From contig JAYENL010000216.1 of the NCBI GenBank assembly GCA_034722055.1, positions 1 through 28,339 of the forward strand: a DNA stretch of 28,339 bases, read 5' to 3'. The position numbers and the translations under genes were made by a program. Positions 9,218-17,498 of this stretch are shown one piece after another. Position 1 is the stretch's first letter. Every line of letters begins with the position of its first letter. The notes beneath the pieces are model-generated. The model worked only from the letters and a program-made list of their open reading frames with translations, searched no databases and was not told the origin of the DNA. This DNA is from Armatimonadota bacterium. Its GTDB lineage: Bacteria > Armatimonadota > Zipacnadia > Zipacnadales > UBA5352.

Positions 9218-9258
9218 ATTCAGCCCTCCTGCAGGGAAATCGATAGCGCGCACATGGC

Positions 9259-9283
9259 TTCGCCGCTGCCCCGGACATACCCT
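9259..9283 (-). promoter_or_regulatory. AGG-N19-GAA sigma-H-like promoter motif
   Basis: Minus strand GGAGG-gtatgtccggggcagcggc-GAA, 41 nt before ATG 9217. Confidence 0.55.
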
Positions 9284-9343
9284 CCGCGGGACAGGTGATA
9301 GCGGTCGGTGGCGCCCACGGCAACCGCAGCGCCCCGCTCGTCC

Positions 9344-12300
9344 TCACTCCTCCAGCGGCCACATGCGGTACAGCAGCACGCTCACGTCGCCGGGGAACTG
9401 CTCCGCCTCCAGGACCACCGTGTTCTCGCCCGGCTGCAGGTGCAGCGCCTCCAGGGGCACGTCCAGCGCCCGTCCGGGCTCCATGCCCACCGGCCAGAAC
9501 GTGGCGCCGTCCGGGCCGTCGCAGGTGAGCGCCTCGCCGGGCTCAAGGCGCACGGGGAAGACCGTTTGCTGGCCGTTGACGACCAGGGACGGGGCCTGGA
9601 GCGTCGTCTCCGTGGCGATCTCCGGCAGCGCGCGCACCTCGTCGAGGATGACGCCTACCGACGCACCTCGCGGGATGCCATTGAAGTAGAACAGCAGGTA
9701 CTCCACCTGCGAGCGATCGAAGTCCTCGTCTGGGAGCGGGAACGTGTGCAGACTCCAGCCGGCGAAGTCGATGGTCAGCAGGTCCTCGGCGTGGGCTCCC
9801 TGAGTGTCGCGAAGCTGAATGCGCAGCGTCTCGTAGCCGCTATCACCGTTGACCCACAGGCCGATGCCGGCGTGCTCGGTAAGGTCCAGAGGCGGAGTGA
9901 AGCACCTCCCGATGCCGCTCCAGCCGCGCGTCGGCGCCTCGTTGGTGGCGGTGTAGCGCAGCGCGCTGGCTCCCACCTTCGCGTCCTCCGACAGCTCGAA
10001 GCGCTGGCTGACCCCCGCCATCACGGGGCCGGTGTCGGAGATCTCCTTGCGGGGGCCGATGACGTACTGCTCGTACTGGTTATCGCCGCCCAGCACATAG
10101 GTGTCGGCGTCGTCGAAGCTCTCGATGGTCACCGCCTCCGGGGCCTCATACGCGCCGAAGGCCACCGGGCGGGAGCCGGGCACGATCTCCACGCCAAGCT
10201 CGCAGGGGACCTGGAGGTCATTGGTGATGCGCCAGACGTTGACCTCGCCGTCCAGCCCATCAACCTTGCGCGGCTGCTCGTAGGCGGCGCGGTAGAGCCG
10301 GAAGCCCTCGTCAGTCTCGAACAGCTTGAAGTCCTGGCCCGGCTGCAGCAGCCTCTGTCTGACCTCCTCGGGCGGGTAGCCCGCCAGCCGCGCCCGCTCG
10401 TAGCGCGCCAGCATCTCGAAGGTCTTGCGCGCCAGCGGCAGGCCCTCCAGGGACTCGCGGGAGGCCTCGATGGAGATGGAGCCGTCGATCCCGAGCGCCT
10501 TGGCCCGGACGTACTCGATCTGGTCGGGCCGCACGTCGCTGAACATGTAGTACCAGCCGATGTCCGAGCGGGTGAAGTTGTCCCGCTGCCTGAGGATCCC
10601 CGGCCAGCGCTGATCCAGGTAGCCCTTGATGTCTCCGTGGCCATCGGCGGAGGCGCTGCGGGGGACGATATGCCACAGGATGTTGCTGCCCGTCCCGGTG
10701 GAGGTCTGGTAGAGGACGTCATGATCGAACTGCTTGTAGTAGCCCAGGTGCATTCGGTTGAGGTAGTACCAGCGGTCGAGGTAGGGCGGCAGCGTGCCGT
10801 CGCTGGCGTCGAAGTAGACCATGTCGAGGTCGCACTGGTTGACGATCCGCCCGAAGTTCCGGGTGAGCTGCTCGGCAAGCTCGCTGTCGGGCTCCACCAG
10901 AAAGAAGCCCCACTGCCTGAGCAGGCCCCGCACCTCCGCGCCCGCCGGGTGCGCCGCCGCCCTGCTGCCCAGCGCCCCGCGCGTGCAGCCCAGGAAGCGG
11001 AAGGGCGGCCCTACCTCCACCTCAGTGTACTGGACGAGCTCGTCCCCGATCCGGATGGTGTAGCCGGGGAAGGCCCGGCTGCGGGGCGTCGCTGGCGGGA
11101 GCATCTCCGGCTGGGCGGTGAGGGTCAGCGTGGTGTCCTCGGCGCCCACAGCCTCGGCCAGCGGCGGGCAGGGCACGGACGCCAGATCGTCATGCGGCAC
11201 GGGCGTCACCCAGGGGTCATCCGGCGAGATGGATGGGCCGAAGACGTGCACCCCCGCGTGCAGCCCCGCATCGTGGATCCTTCGCACGGCGCGCTTGAGG
11301 CCTTCCAGGCCCCCGGGGAAGCTCTCAGTGTTGATGTCGTAGTGCCCATGATTCGCCAGCCAGTCATTCTTGAGGATGATGACGGTCCCGAAGCCGCCCA
11401 GCTTGGCGTAGTCGATGAGCGTGTCGATGTCCGCCTGCGTGACCCGCGTGGCGAAGAGGTAGGATTCGTGGGCCATCTCTGAGCGCCGCGCCCACTGCCC
11501 ATCGAGCATCGGGCAGGGCAGGCCCGTGGCCCGCTCGGCCTCCATGATGGCCTCGTCGAAGTGCTCCCGCGGCGCCGCCACCAGCGCGAACCCCGAGCCC
11601 TCCATGCCGTGGGCGGCGGTGCAGTGGCAGCGCAGGCTCTGACCGCCTCCGCCCCGCGGAACGGAGCTGTTGTAGGTGGTAATTGTGGTGCCGAAGAGGC
11701 AGATGCCGAACTCGTCATCGTAGGTGGCGTTAAAGGCCCCCGCCACGGTCTCCAGCCGCCTGACAGGCAGCTCGATGGTGAACATGCTGACATCATCGGG
11801 CGCGATGTCCAGCAGCTCGAAGAGGACGTGGCGACTGCGGGCGACCGCCCGGACGCGGGCGGTGACATCAGGGTCCACGAACTGCACTGTCAGGACGTCG
11901 CCGTCGCGGGTCACCGAGCGGGCGGGCACCGACATGCCGCTGCGCTCGGCCGCGAAGACCGGTAGCGGAGCGTCCGGGGCGGCGTAGTCCTCACCCGTCT
12001 GCAGGTCCTCCAGGCCCGTCAGGCGGCCGTCGGCTGACAGGGCGAGGCGGATGGTGTCGGTCTCCATGGCGACCTCCTCGCCCGCCGGGGCCTCCCGCGG
12101 CGGCTCCACCGGCTCCATGCGCACGGAGTCGATGTCGGTCGTCTGCCCCTCGGGGATGGCGATGGCGGGGCCGGCGTTGCGGAAGCCCTCGCCGCCCGGC
12201 AGGTAGTAGCCGAACGCCTCCCGCCACTGGTCCGCCGGGGCCGCGGTCTGGGCGATTCCCGGCACGCGCATGGGCCGGTCGTGGAAGTACTCGTAGACGT

Positions 12301-12667
12301 AGAGGATGGCCGGGCCGCCGCGGATGCGCGCCGAGATGCGGTACCACTGATCCTGCTGCAGATCATCTCGGATCTGGTAGATGTGGGTGGGAAGGTCCTC
12401 GGGCGCAGTGATGCGGATGTAGCGCTGCCCGGAGTGGGGGCCGTCCGAGCGCACCTCCAGCGAGCCGACGTAGTGGCTGTTGAGCTGCCAGCCCTCTGGC
12501 GCCAGCGGCGGATCGCCGAGCTGCCATCCGGCGTAGCGCCCCGCCTCGTCGAGCTCAACCTCACGAACGCTCTCGAAGCCGCCGTTGGTCAGTAGCATGT
12601 CCTCCTCCTGAGCTGCCACCGGCGCCGCGGCCATGAGCGCCAGGCAGATGCAGGTGTTGGTGCGCAT
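9344..12667 (-). CDS. Large secreted multidomain glycoside hydrolase-like protein (CBM_4_9-like, TIM barrel, CBM11-like; about 1107 aa)
   Basis: Signal peptide MRTNTCICLALMAAAPVAAQ, 'LTNGGFE' CBM start, 'FPGGLEGLKRAVRRIHDAGLHAGVH' and 'DMVYFD' (GH27/36/101-like barrel), 'LDLTEHAGIGLWVNGD' CBM11-like segment. AGGAGGTG RBS before ATG 12667. Confidence 0.7.
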   Translation of the reverse strand: MRTNTCICLALMAAAPVAAQEEDMLLTNGGFESVREVELDEAGRYAGWQLGDPPLAPEGWQLNSHYVGSLEVRSDGPHSGQRYIRITAPEDLPTHIYQIRDDLQQDQWYRISARIRGGPAILYVYEYFHDRPMRVPGIAQTAAPADQWREAFGYYLPGGEGFRNAGPAIAIPEGQTTDIDSVRMEPVEPPREAPAGEEVAMETDTIRLALSADGRLTGLEDLQTGEDYAAPDAPLPVFAAERSGMSVPARSVTRDGDVLTVQFVDPDVTARVRAVARSRHVLFELLDIAPDDVSMFTIELPVRRLETVAGAFNATYDDEFGICLFGTTITTYNSSVPRGGGGQSLRCHCTAAHGMEGSGFALVAAPREHFDEAIMEAERATGLPCPMLDGQWARRSEMAHESYLFATRVTQADIDTLIDYAKLGGFGTVIILKNDWLANHGHYDINTESFPGGLEGLKRAVRRIHDAGLHAGVHVFGPSISPDDPWVTPVPHDDLASVPCPPLAEAVGAEDTTLTLTAQPEMLPPATPRSRAFPGYTIRIGDELVQYTEVEVGPPFRFLGCTRGALGSRAAAHPAGAEVRGLLRQWGFFLVEPDSELAEQLTRNFGRIVNQCDLDMVYFDASDGTLPPYLDRWYYLNRMHLGYYKQFDHDVLYQTSTGTGSNILWHIVPRSASADGHGDIKGYLDQRWPGILRQRDNFTRSDIGWYYMFSDVRPDQIEYVRAKALGIDGSISIEASRESLEGLPLARKTFEMLARYERARLAGYPPEEVRQRLLQPGQDFKLFETDEGFRLYRAAYEQPRKVDGLDGEVNVWRITNDLQVPCELGVEIVPGSRPVAFGAYEAPEAVTIESFDDADTYVLGGDNQYEQYVIGPRKEISDTGPVMAGVSQRFELSEDAKVGASALRYTATNEAPTRGWSGIGRCFTPPLDLTEHAGIGLWVNGDSGYETLRIQLRDTQGAHAEDLLTIDFAGWSLHTFPLPDEDFDRSQVEYLLFYFNGIPRGASVGVILDEVRALPEIATETTLQAPSLVVNGQQTVFPVRLEPGEALTCDGPDGATFWPVGMEPGRALDVPLEALHLQPGENTVVLEAEQFPGDVSVLLYRMWPLEE

Positions 12668-12755
12668 GCGGCTCACCTCCTGAAATCTGTGATAGTGAGG
12701 GACGTTCCGCGGAGGTCAGGCCGGTGTCCCCTGTTCGAGGAGCGTGGACCGTCGC

Positions 12756-14099
12756 TCAGTCAGTCAGTGGCTCGCCGTTGTGGAAGGCCTCGAAGGCAGC
12801 CCTGACGGCCTCGAAGTCCTCGCTGCCCCGTGTCTTGTTCAGGCAGTAGGTCACCACGCCCTCCGCCTTTCCCTCTCGGACGAGTCGCAGGCCCATGCGC
12901 ACTCTCGCGGCAATGCGCTCTGCCGTGGCCTCCTCGCCCCATCGGTGCTCGTACTCCCCACGCTGCCCGGCCGGCATCACGATCAGCGGCAGATGAAAGC
13001 GCCCCGAGCCGCGGTAGCCGGGATGCATCTCGATGGTGAAACGCCCCTTTTGGTGCGTCCGCCAGACGTCCGGGGAGTCGAAACCCTTCAGACGCAGGCC
13101 ACCCGCATGCAGATCGGAGAAAGTGGCCGTCACGCCGAACTGGCCGACGCCCTTCCTGTCGGCGATCCCCAACGCAATCTCCACCTCCACACGCCCGCGG
13201 GCGTGCCGCGAGAGGGTGAGCGTCACCGCGCCGTCGTCGGCACCGGCAACGTCGCGCTCCCAAACGACATTACCGTTGATGCGGACCTGCATGAAGTGAT
13301 AGCCCGCGGTGGGCCCCGCGAAGTCGTCGCTGTAGCGGAAGCGCAGCCGCGCCCTGTTCGGGTCCGTCACGCGAACCGTCTGCTCCGCGAAGCCGAAGTC
13401 CCCCGCCTGCGACGGCGTCCAGCCGGGATAGCTCACGGTGCAGCGGGCCGGCAGCTCGTAGGTGTCATTGAGGTATGGTAGGGCCTGCACGATCGCCGTG
13501 CGGTCCTTCGGATAGGCGGCGACAACGCCGTCGATGATCGGCCCCATCATCCGCGCAAACTCGGGGCCGATCTGGCCGTACGTCGTGTACATCAGAGCGT
13601 AGAACTTCAGATCGGGGTTGATCGCCTTCCCTGCGTCCACCATGCGTCGGATGTACTCCGGCGTGAACCACTGCGGGCTGACGTTCCCCCAGAAGTCGTC
13701 GATGACATAGCCGACGAGGTTCTCGTACTCGAGCGAGAGCTCCGCGATCTCCTCCGCCCAGCGCACGTAATCCAGCCGGAAGGGCTCCGAGTAGGGGAAC
13801 CCGCGCTCGGGGTGCACCGCAGACGTCTCGGATGGCGGCACAAGGTAGACCCACACGGTGATGCCCGCCTCTCGCGCCAGTGGCAGGAATGCCTGCAGGT
13901 CCTCCCAGTCGTTAGGGCTGTGCCAGATCAGCCACATGTAGGTATTGGCGCCAAGCTCCTGCAGGCGCTCGACCATCAACTCGACATCGACGTGCTCGCC
14001 GTCGCGCAGTTCGGCGTCATAGTCGCCGATGTATGGCTGCGCCATGGCCGGCACGATTATCGTCAGTGCGAGCGCCGTGCTGAGGCCTGCGCTGCGCAT
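12756..14099 (-). CDS. Secreted TIM-barrel glycoside hydrolase-like protein with inserted beta-sandwich (447 aa)
   Basis: Signal peptide MRSAGLSTALALTIIVPAMAQ, 'LQELGANTYMWLIW', 'GYVIDDF'. GGAGGTG RBS before ATG 14099. Confidence 0.6.
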   Translation of the reverse strand: MRSAGLSTALALTIIVPAMAQPYIGDYDAELRDGEHVDVELMVERLQELGANTYMWLIWHSPNDWEDLQAFLPLAREAGITVWVYLVPPSETSAVHPERGFPYSEPFRLDYVRWAEEIAELSLEYENLVGYVIDDFWGNVSPQWFTPEYIRRMVDAGKAINPDLKFYALMYTTYGQIGPEFARMMGPIIDGVVAAYPKDRTAIVQALPYLNDTYELPARCTVSYPGWTPSQAGDFGFAEQTVRVTDPNRARLRFRYSDDFAGPTAGYHFMQVRINGNVVWERDVAGADDGAVTLTLSRHARGRVEVEIALGIADRKGVGQFGVTATFSDLHAGGLRLKGFDSPDVWRTHQKGRFTIEMHPGYRGSGRFHLPLIVMPAGQRGEYEHRWGEEATAERIAARVRMGLRLVREGKAEGVVTYCLNKTRGSEDFEAVRAAFEAFHNGEPLTD

Positions 14100-14124
14100 G
14101 GTGCAGACACCTCCCGTGGGCGTG

Positions 14125-15189
14125 TCACTCGAAGCTGCCCGACACGCGGATCTCGTCATACAGCGCCAGCACGTTCTCCAGCGGGGTCCCGGACTGGATG
14201 TTGTGGCAGGGGCCGCAGATGTAGCCGGTACCGTCGCTGGCCAGAATGCGGATGTTCTTCCGCACCTCGCGGCGGACATCCTCCGGCGTGCCGAAGGGCA
14301 GCACCTCCTGGTTGTCCACCGCACCGTCGAAGCACAGGGCGTCGCCGAACTCGCGCTTCAGCCACTGCAGGTCCATGTTCCGGCAGCGCCACTGGATGGG
14401 GTTGAGGACCTCCACGCCCATCTCCACCAGGTCCGGGATGATCTCGCCGATGCCCCCGTCATCATGGTGGTAGACCTTCAGCCCGAACTCGTGCGCCAGC
14501 GCGATGGCCCGGCGGTAGTGGGGCCAGAAGATGCGCCGGATGTGCTCGCGGCTCATCACCAGCCCGCTCTGGGCGCCGAAGTCGTCGGTGACCTGGGTCA
14601 GATCCAGGTGCTCGCCGCAGGCCTCGAAGAGCATCCGATGCTGGGCCAGGCGGTAGGCCATGGTGCGATCGAGGACGGCCTCGATCAGCTCCGGGCGGAG
14701 GGCGATGTTCAGCAGCGCCCGCTCCTCGCCGAAGAGGTTCCACAGGTCCACGTAGGGCGCGATGTACCCGGCCATGATGACCTTCTCGGCGTGGTGCCGG
14801 CGGCAGAAGTCGGCGGCGGCCTCGAAGTCCCAGTCGGCGGGGTCGCCGAGGTCGAAGTCCTCCACCTGCGCCACCTCGGTGAACTCCGCCATGGGGGCGT
14901 GGATGCGCTCGTGGTAGACGCCCCCGGTGGGCAGCTCGATGGTGCGGCTCTGCACGCCCCACAAGCCGGCGGGCCCACCGTCGGGGCCGGTCCAGGGCGG
15001 GCCGGTGTAGGGGAGCGGCGCCCGGGCGATGCCGTCCACGCCGAGGCCCTCGAGGACCACCTGCCAGTCCTCGGTGTCGAAGTGCTCCAGCAGCATCTGC
15101 CGCACCTCGGTGGTGCCCCAGAACTCGGCGGGCACCCGGTCCACCGGCTGATGCGTGATGGCGGCCCAGACTCGTTCGCGGGAGGTCAT
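14125..15189 (-). CDS. Uroporphyrinogen decarboxylase / MtaA-CmuA superfamily protein (not a canonical HemE)
   Basis: MTSRERV...DRVP start, TDDFGAQSG, HDDG, LNPIQ, GYICGPCHNIQ..TPLENV. GTG 15207 is an alternative start. Confidence 0.85.
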   Translation of the reverse strand: MTSRERVWAAITHQPVDRVPAEFWGTTEVRQMLLEHFDTEDWQVVLEGLGVDGIARAPLPYTGPPWTGPDGGPAGLWGVQSRTIELPTGGVYHERIHAPMAEFTEVAQVEDFDLGDPADWDFEAAADFCRRHHAEKVIMAGYIAPYVDLWNLFGEERALLNIALRPELIEAVLDRTMAYRLAQHRMLFEACGEHLDLTQVTDDFGAQSGLVMSREHIRRIFWPHYRRAIALAHEFGLKVYHHDDGGIGEIIPDLVEMGVEVLNPIQWRCRNMDLQWLKREFGDALCFDGAVDNQEVLPFGTPEDVRREVRKNIRILASDGTGYICGPCHNIQSGTPLENVLALYDEIRVSGSFE

Positions 15190-15311
15190 TGTTGGTCTCG
15201 GTCGCACATGGCTCCCACCATGGCCTTCGCCCATGAGCGCTGCGCGCTCCCCGCCCCTCCGTCCCGGAGCCGGCGACGGCCGCCAGTCGCCATCCCTGCA
15301 GTGCCCCGTCG

Positions 15312-15350
15312 CTCCCCTCTCCGGCACGGAGAGGGGCTGGGGGAGAGGCC
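15312..15350. repeat. Intergenic CCCCTCTCC..GGAGAGGGG-type palindromic dispersed repeat
   Basis: Hairpin CCCCTCTCCG-GCA-CGGAGAGGGG (15314-15336) followed by CTGGGGGAGAGG, a widespread REP-like element form. Confidence 0.65.
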
Positions 15351-15361
15351 GCCGTTGCCTG

Positions 15362-16126
15362 TCAGATGTCCCACACCTCGAAGGCATGTCGCGCGGCGGC
15401 GATGCGATCCTCGCCCTTGGGGCCGAACTCGTGGCCCACGTAGCCGTCGTAGTCAAGCTCGGCGATGGCCCGGGCGATGGCCGGGTAGTAGATCTCCTGG
15501 TCCTCGTCCATGTCGTGGCGGCCCGGATTCCCGGCGGTGTGGAAATGCTTGATGTAGGCAATGTTGTCGTGGATCGTCCGGATCAGGTCGCCCTCCATGA
15601 TCTGCATGTGGTAGATGTCGTACAGCAGCGCCACGCGCGGGCTGTCCACCATCTTGCACACGTGCACGCCCCACTCGGTGGAATCGCACATGTAGCCGGG
15701 ATGATTCACCCGCGAGTTGAGCAGCTCCATGCACAGGGTGATGCCCTTCTCCTCGGCGGTCGGCGCCACCCGGGACAGGATTTCCGCGGTGATCTCCGCG
15801 CCCTCCAGGTCTGACACCCCCTCGTAGCGGTTCCCCGAGAGGCACAGCAGGCTCGGCACATCGTACTCCTCCGCAAGCTCGAAGGACTCCATCAGCTCCT
15901 CGTAGATGCGGTCGTGGTTCTCGCGCTTGTTGAGCCCGTCGGCCAGGGACTTGTGGCCGACGAAGATGGCGATGTCGAGGCCCGCGTCCTTGATGATGGG
16001 GAAGACCTCCGGCGGGCTCATCTCAATGGACGCGAAGCCGATGTCGGCGACCTGCTGCACGACGTCCTGCGGCTCACCGGCCGAGGCGACGACGCCCCAG
16101 CAGACCGACTGCTTGATGGGTGTCAT
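15362..16126 (-). CDS. Hyi-family sugar isomerase/epimerase, paralog 2 (254 aa)
   Basis: CMELLNS, LYDIYHMQIMEGD, HFHTAGNPGRH, HEFGP. AGGAGG RBS before ATG 16126. Confidence 0.88.
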   Translation of the reverse strand: MTPIKQSVCWGVVASAGEPQDVVQQVADIGFASIEMSPPEVFPIIKDAGLDIAIFVGHKSLADGLNKRENHDRIYEELMESFELAEEYDVPSLLCLSGNRYEGVSDLEGAEITAEILSRVAPTAEEKGITLCMELLNSRVNHPGYMCDSTEWGVHVCKMVDSPRVALLYDIYHMQIMEGDLIRTIHDNIAYIKHFHTAGNPGRHDMDEDQEIYYPAIARAIAELDYDGYVGHEFGPKGEDRIAAARHAFEVWDI

Positions 16127-16146
16127 GGCTATTGGACCCTCCTGTT

Positions 16147-16168
16147 GATGCGTGAACGTTTGCGCGTC
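16147..16168. promoter_or_regulatory. Candidate LacI-family operator
   Basis: Imperfect palindrome GATGCGTGAAC|GTTTGCGCGTC with an AACGTT core, between the promoter motif and the RBS of Hyi paralog 2. Confidence 0.4.
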
Positions 16169-16170
16169 GC

Positions 16171-16194
16171 TTCGCCGCGCGAGCCCGGATACCT
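16171..16194 (-). promoter_or_regulatory. AGG-N18-GAA sigma-H-like promoter motif
   Basis: Minus strand GAAGG-tatccgggctcgcgcggc-GAA, 44 nt before ATG 16126. Confidence 0.55.
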
Positions 16195-16276
16195 TCACCG
16201 GCGTCAAGGCCGACCAAGAGGCCATGCAGGAGGCTACTGTGAGCTGTGGGGGTGGACGGCCGATAGCAATCCCCAG

Positions 16277-16305
16277 TTGACACCGCGGCACTTGTGTTGT
16301 AGTCT
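16277..16305 (+). promoter_or_regulatory. Sigma-70/sigma-A promoter of the tcmP operon
   Basis: Perfect TTGACA (16277-16282), 17-nt spacer, TAGTCT (16300-16305). Confidence 0.75.
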
Positions 16306-16311
16306 ATTCAT

Positions 16312-16325
16312 CGAATATCTGTTCA
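16312..16325. promoter_or_regulatory. Candidate LexA (SOS) box, GAAC-N4-GTTC type
   Basis: CGAATATCTGTTCA: GAAT-ATCT-GTTC, one core mismatch from the Firmicutes/Actinobacteria-type box. Lies at the expected +1. Confidence 0.5.
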
Positions 16326-16352
16326 TACGCAATGAGGTGAGGGGGCATACAG

Positions 16353-17498
16353 ATGACCGATGACGAGTACTGGGACGCACCGACACCACAGTCATGTGTC
16401 AAGATGGCGATAGTCGAGAAGTACTTCGATGCCTGGTCCAACGTGATCCTCGCCAAGACGAGACGTGATCTCTGTTATGCAGATCTGTATGCAGGACGCG
16501 GCAAGTATAACGACGGTACGCTCTCAGTTCCGCTCCGCATTCTCGATCATGCAGTTCGCGACCCACGGCTCCGCCAACGCTTGAGGACCGTATTCAACGA
16601 TGGGGACCGGGAAACAGCAGAGATCTTGGAGAGAAACATCACATCACTACCTGGCGTTAGCGACCTGCGCCATGAGCCGAGGGTGATGTGCCTCTCCGTC
16701 GGCGCCGATGATGAGGAACTGCTGCAGGCCATACCGAGTGTCCCGACGGTCACCTTTCTGGATCCGTTCGGGTACACAGGGATCTCACTGGACCTCATCA
16801 GTACGCTAACATCGGGCTTCGGGTGTGAGTGCATCGTCTTCTTCAATACCAACAGGATCCGGGCAGCAGTGTCAAATCTGTCGGTGCAGGAGAGAATGAA
16901 GTACCTCTTTGGAGCGGCCGATTGGCCCGCGGTCCGTGCACGGATTGAGACGTTTCACGGTACCGCCCGGGAATTGGCCGTAATCGAGGAATTTGTTGCT
17001 GCGCTACAACGAAGAGGCATCCGCTATGGCCTTCCCTTTCGCGTGAGGAATGAGGCAGGCACCCGCGCCAGCCACCACCTCATTCACGTGAGCCGCCATG
17101 ACAAGGCATACACTATCATGAAGGAGATAATGGCTGCGGAGAGTTCAGGTGCTGGCGAGGGAGTACCGCGGTTCGAGTACAATCCCGCCGACGAGCGGTA
17201 CGAGATACTGTTCGAGTATGCCCGGCCGCTCACCGAGTTGAGAGACTTGCTGACCCACCGTTTCGCCGGTCAGACGTTGACCATGGAGGAGGTCTTCGAC
17301 CAGCATCACGTAGGCACACGATTCATCAAGAGGAACTACAAGAGTGTGCTTCGCCAAATGGAGGAGGATGGACTGATCAGAGCCAATCCTCCCACCGACA
17401 AGCGCCCCAAGCGCCATGGCAAACCTACGTTCGCAGACCACGTTTCAGTCACGTTCATTGCACCACAGGAGCAGGCCGATGGCCCGCTCACAGATTGA
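16353..17498 (+). CDS. tcmP: Three-Cys-motif partner protein TcmP (SAM-MTase-like fold, probable C-terminal winged helix)
   Basis: 'K..IVEKYFDAW', 'YADLYAGRG' (motif I-like), 'FLDPFG' (motif IV-like), 'YTIMKEIM'. Adjacent to a Gp37/Gp68 gene, as expected for this family. Confidence 0.85.
   Translation: MTDDEYWDAPTPQSCVKMAIVEKYFDAWSNVILAKTRRDLCYADLYAGRGKYNDGTLSVPLRILDHAVRDPRLRQRLRTVFNDGDRETAEILERNITSLPGVSDLRHEPRVMCLSVGADDEELLQAIPSVPTVTFLDPFGYTGISLDLISTLTSGFGCECIVFFNTNRIRAAVSNLSVQERMKYLFGAADWPAVRARIETFHGTARELAVIEEFVAALQRRGIRYGLPFRVRNEAGTRASHHLIHVSRHDKAYTIMKEIMAAESSGAGEGVPRFEYNPADERYEILFEYARPLTELRDLLTHRFAGQTLTMEEVFDQHHVGTRFIKRNYKSVLRQMEEDGLIRANPPTDKRPKRHGKPTFADHVSVTFIAPQEQADGPLTD

Noticed and set aside
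9308..11482. 724-aa plus-strand ORF
   Set aside because: Antisense to the large GH-like gene; no motifs; composition typical of shadow ORFs.
16179..16207. Minus-strand TTGACG as a sigma-A -35 for Hyi2
   Set aside because: No -10-like hexamer at 16-18 nt spacing; the AGG-N18-GAA motif fits better.
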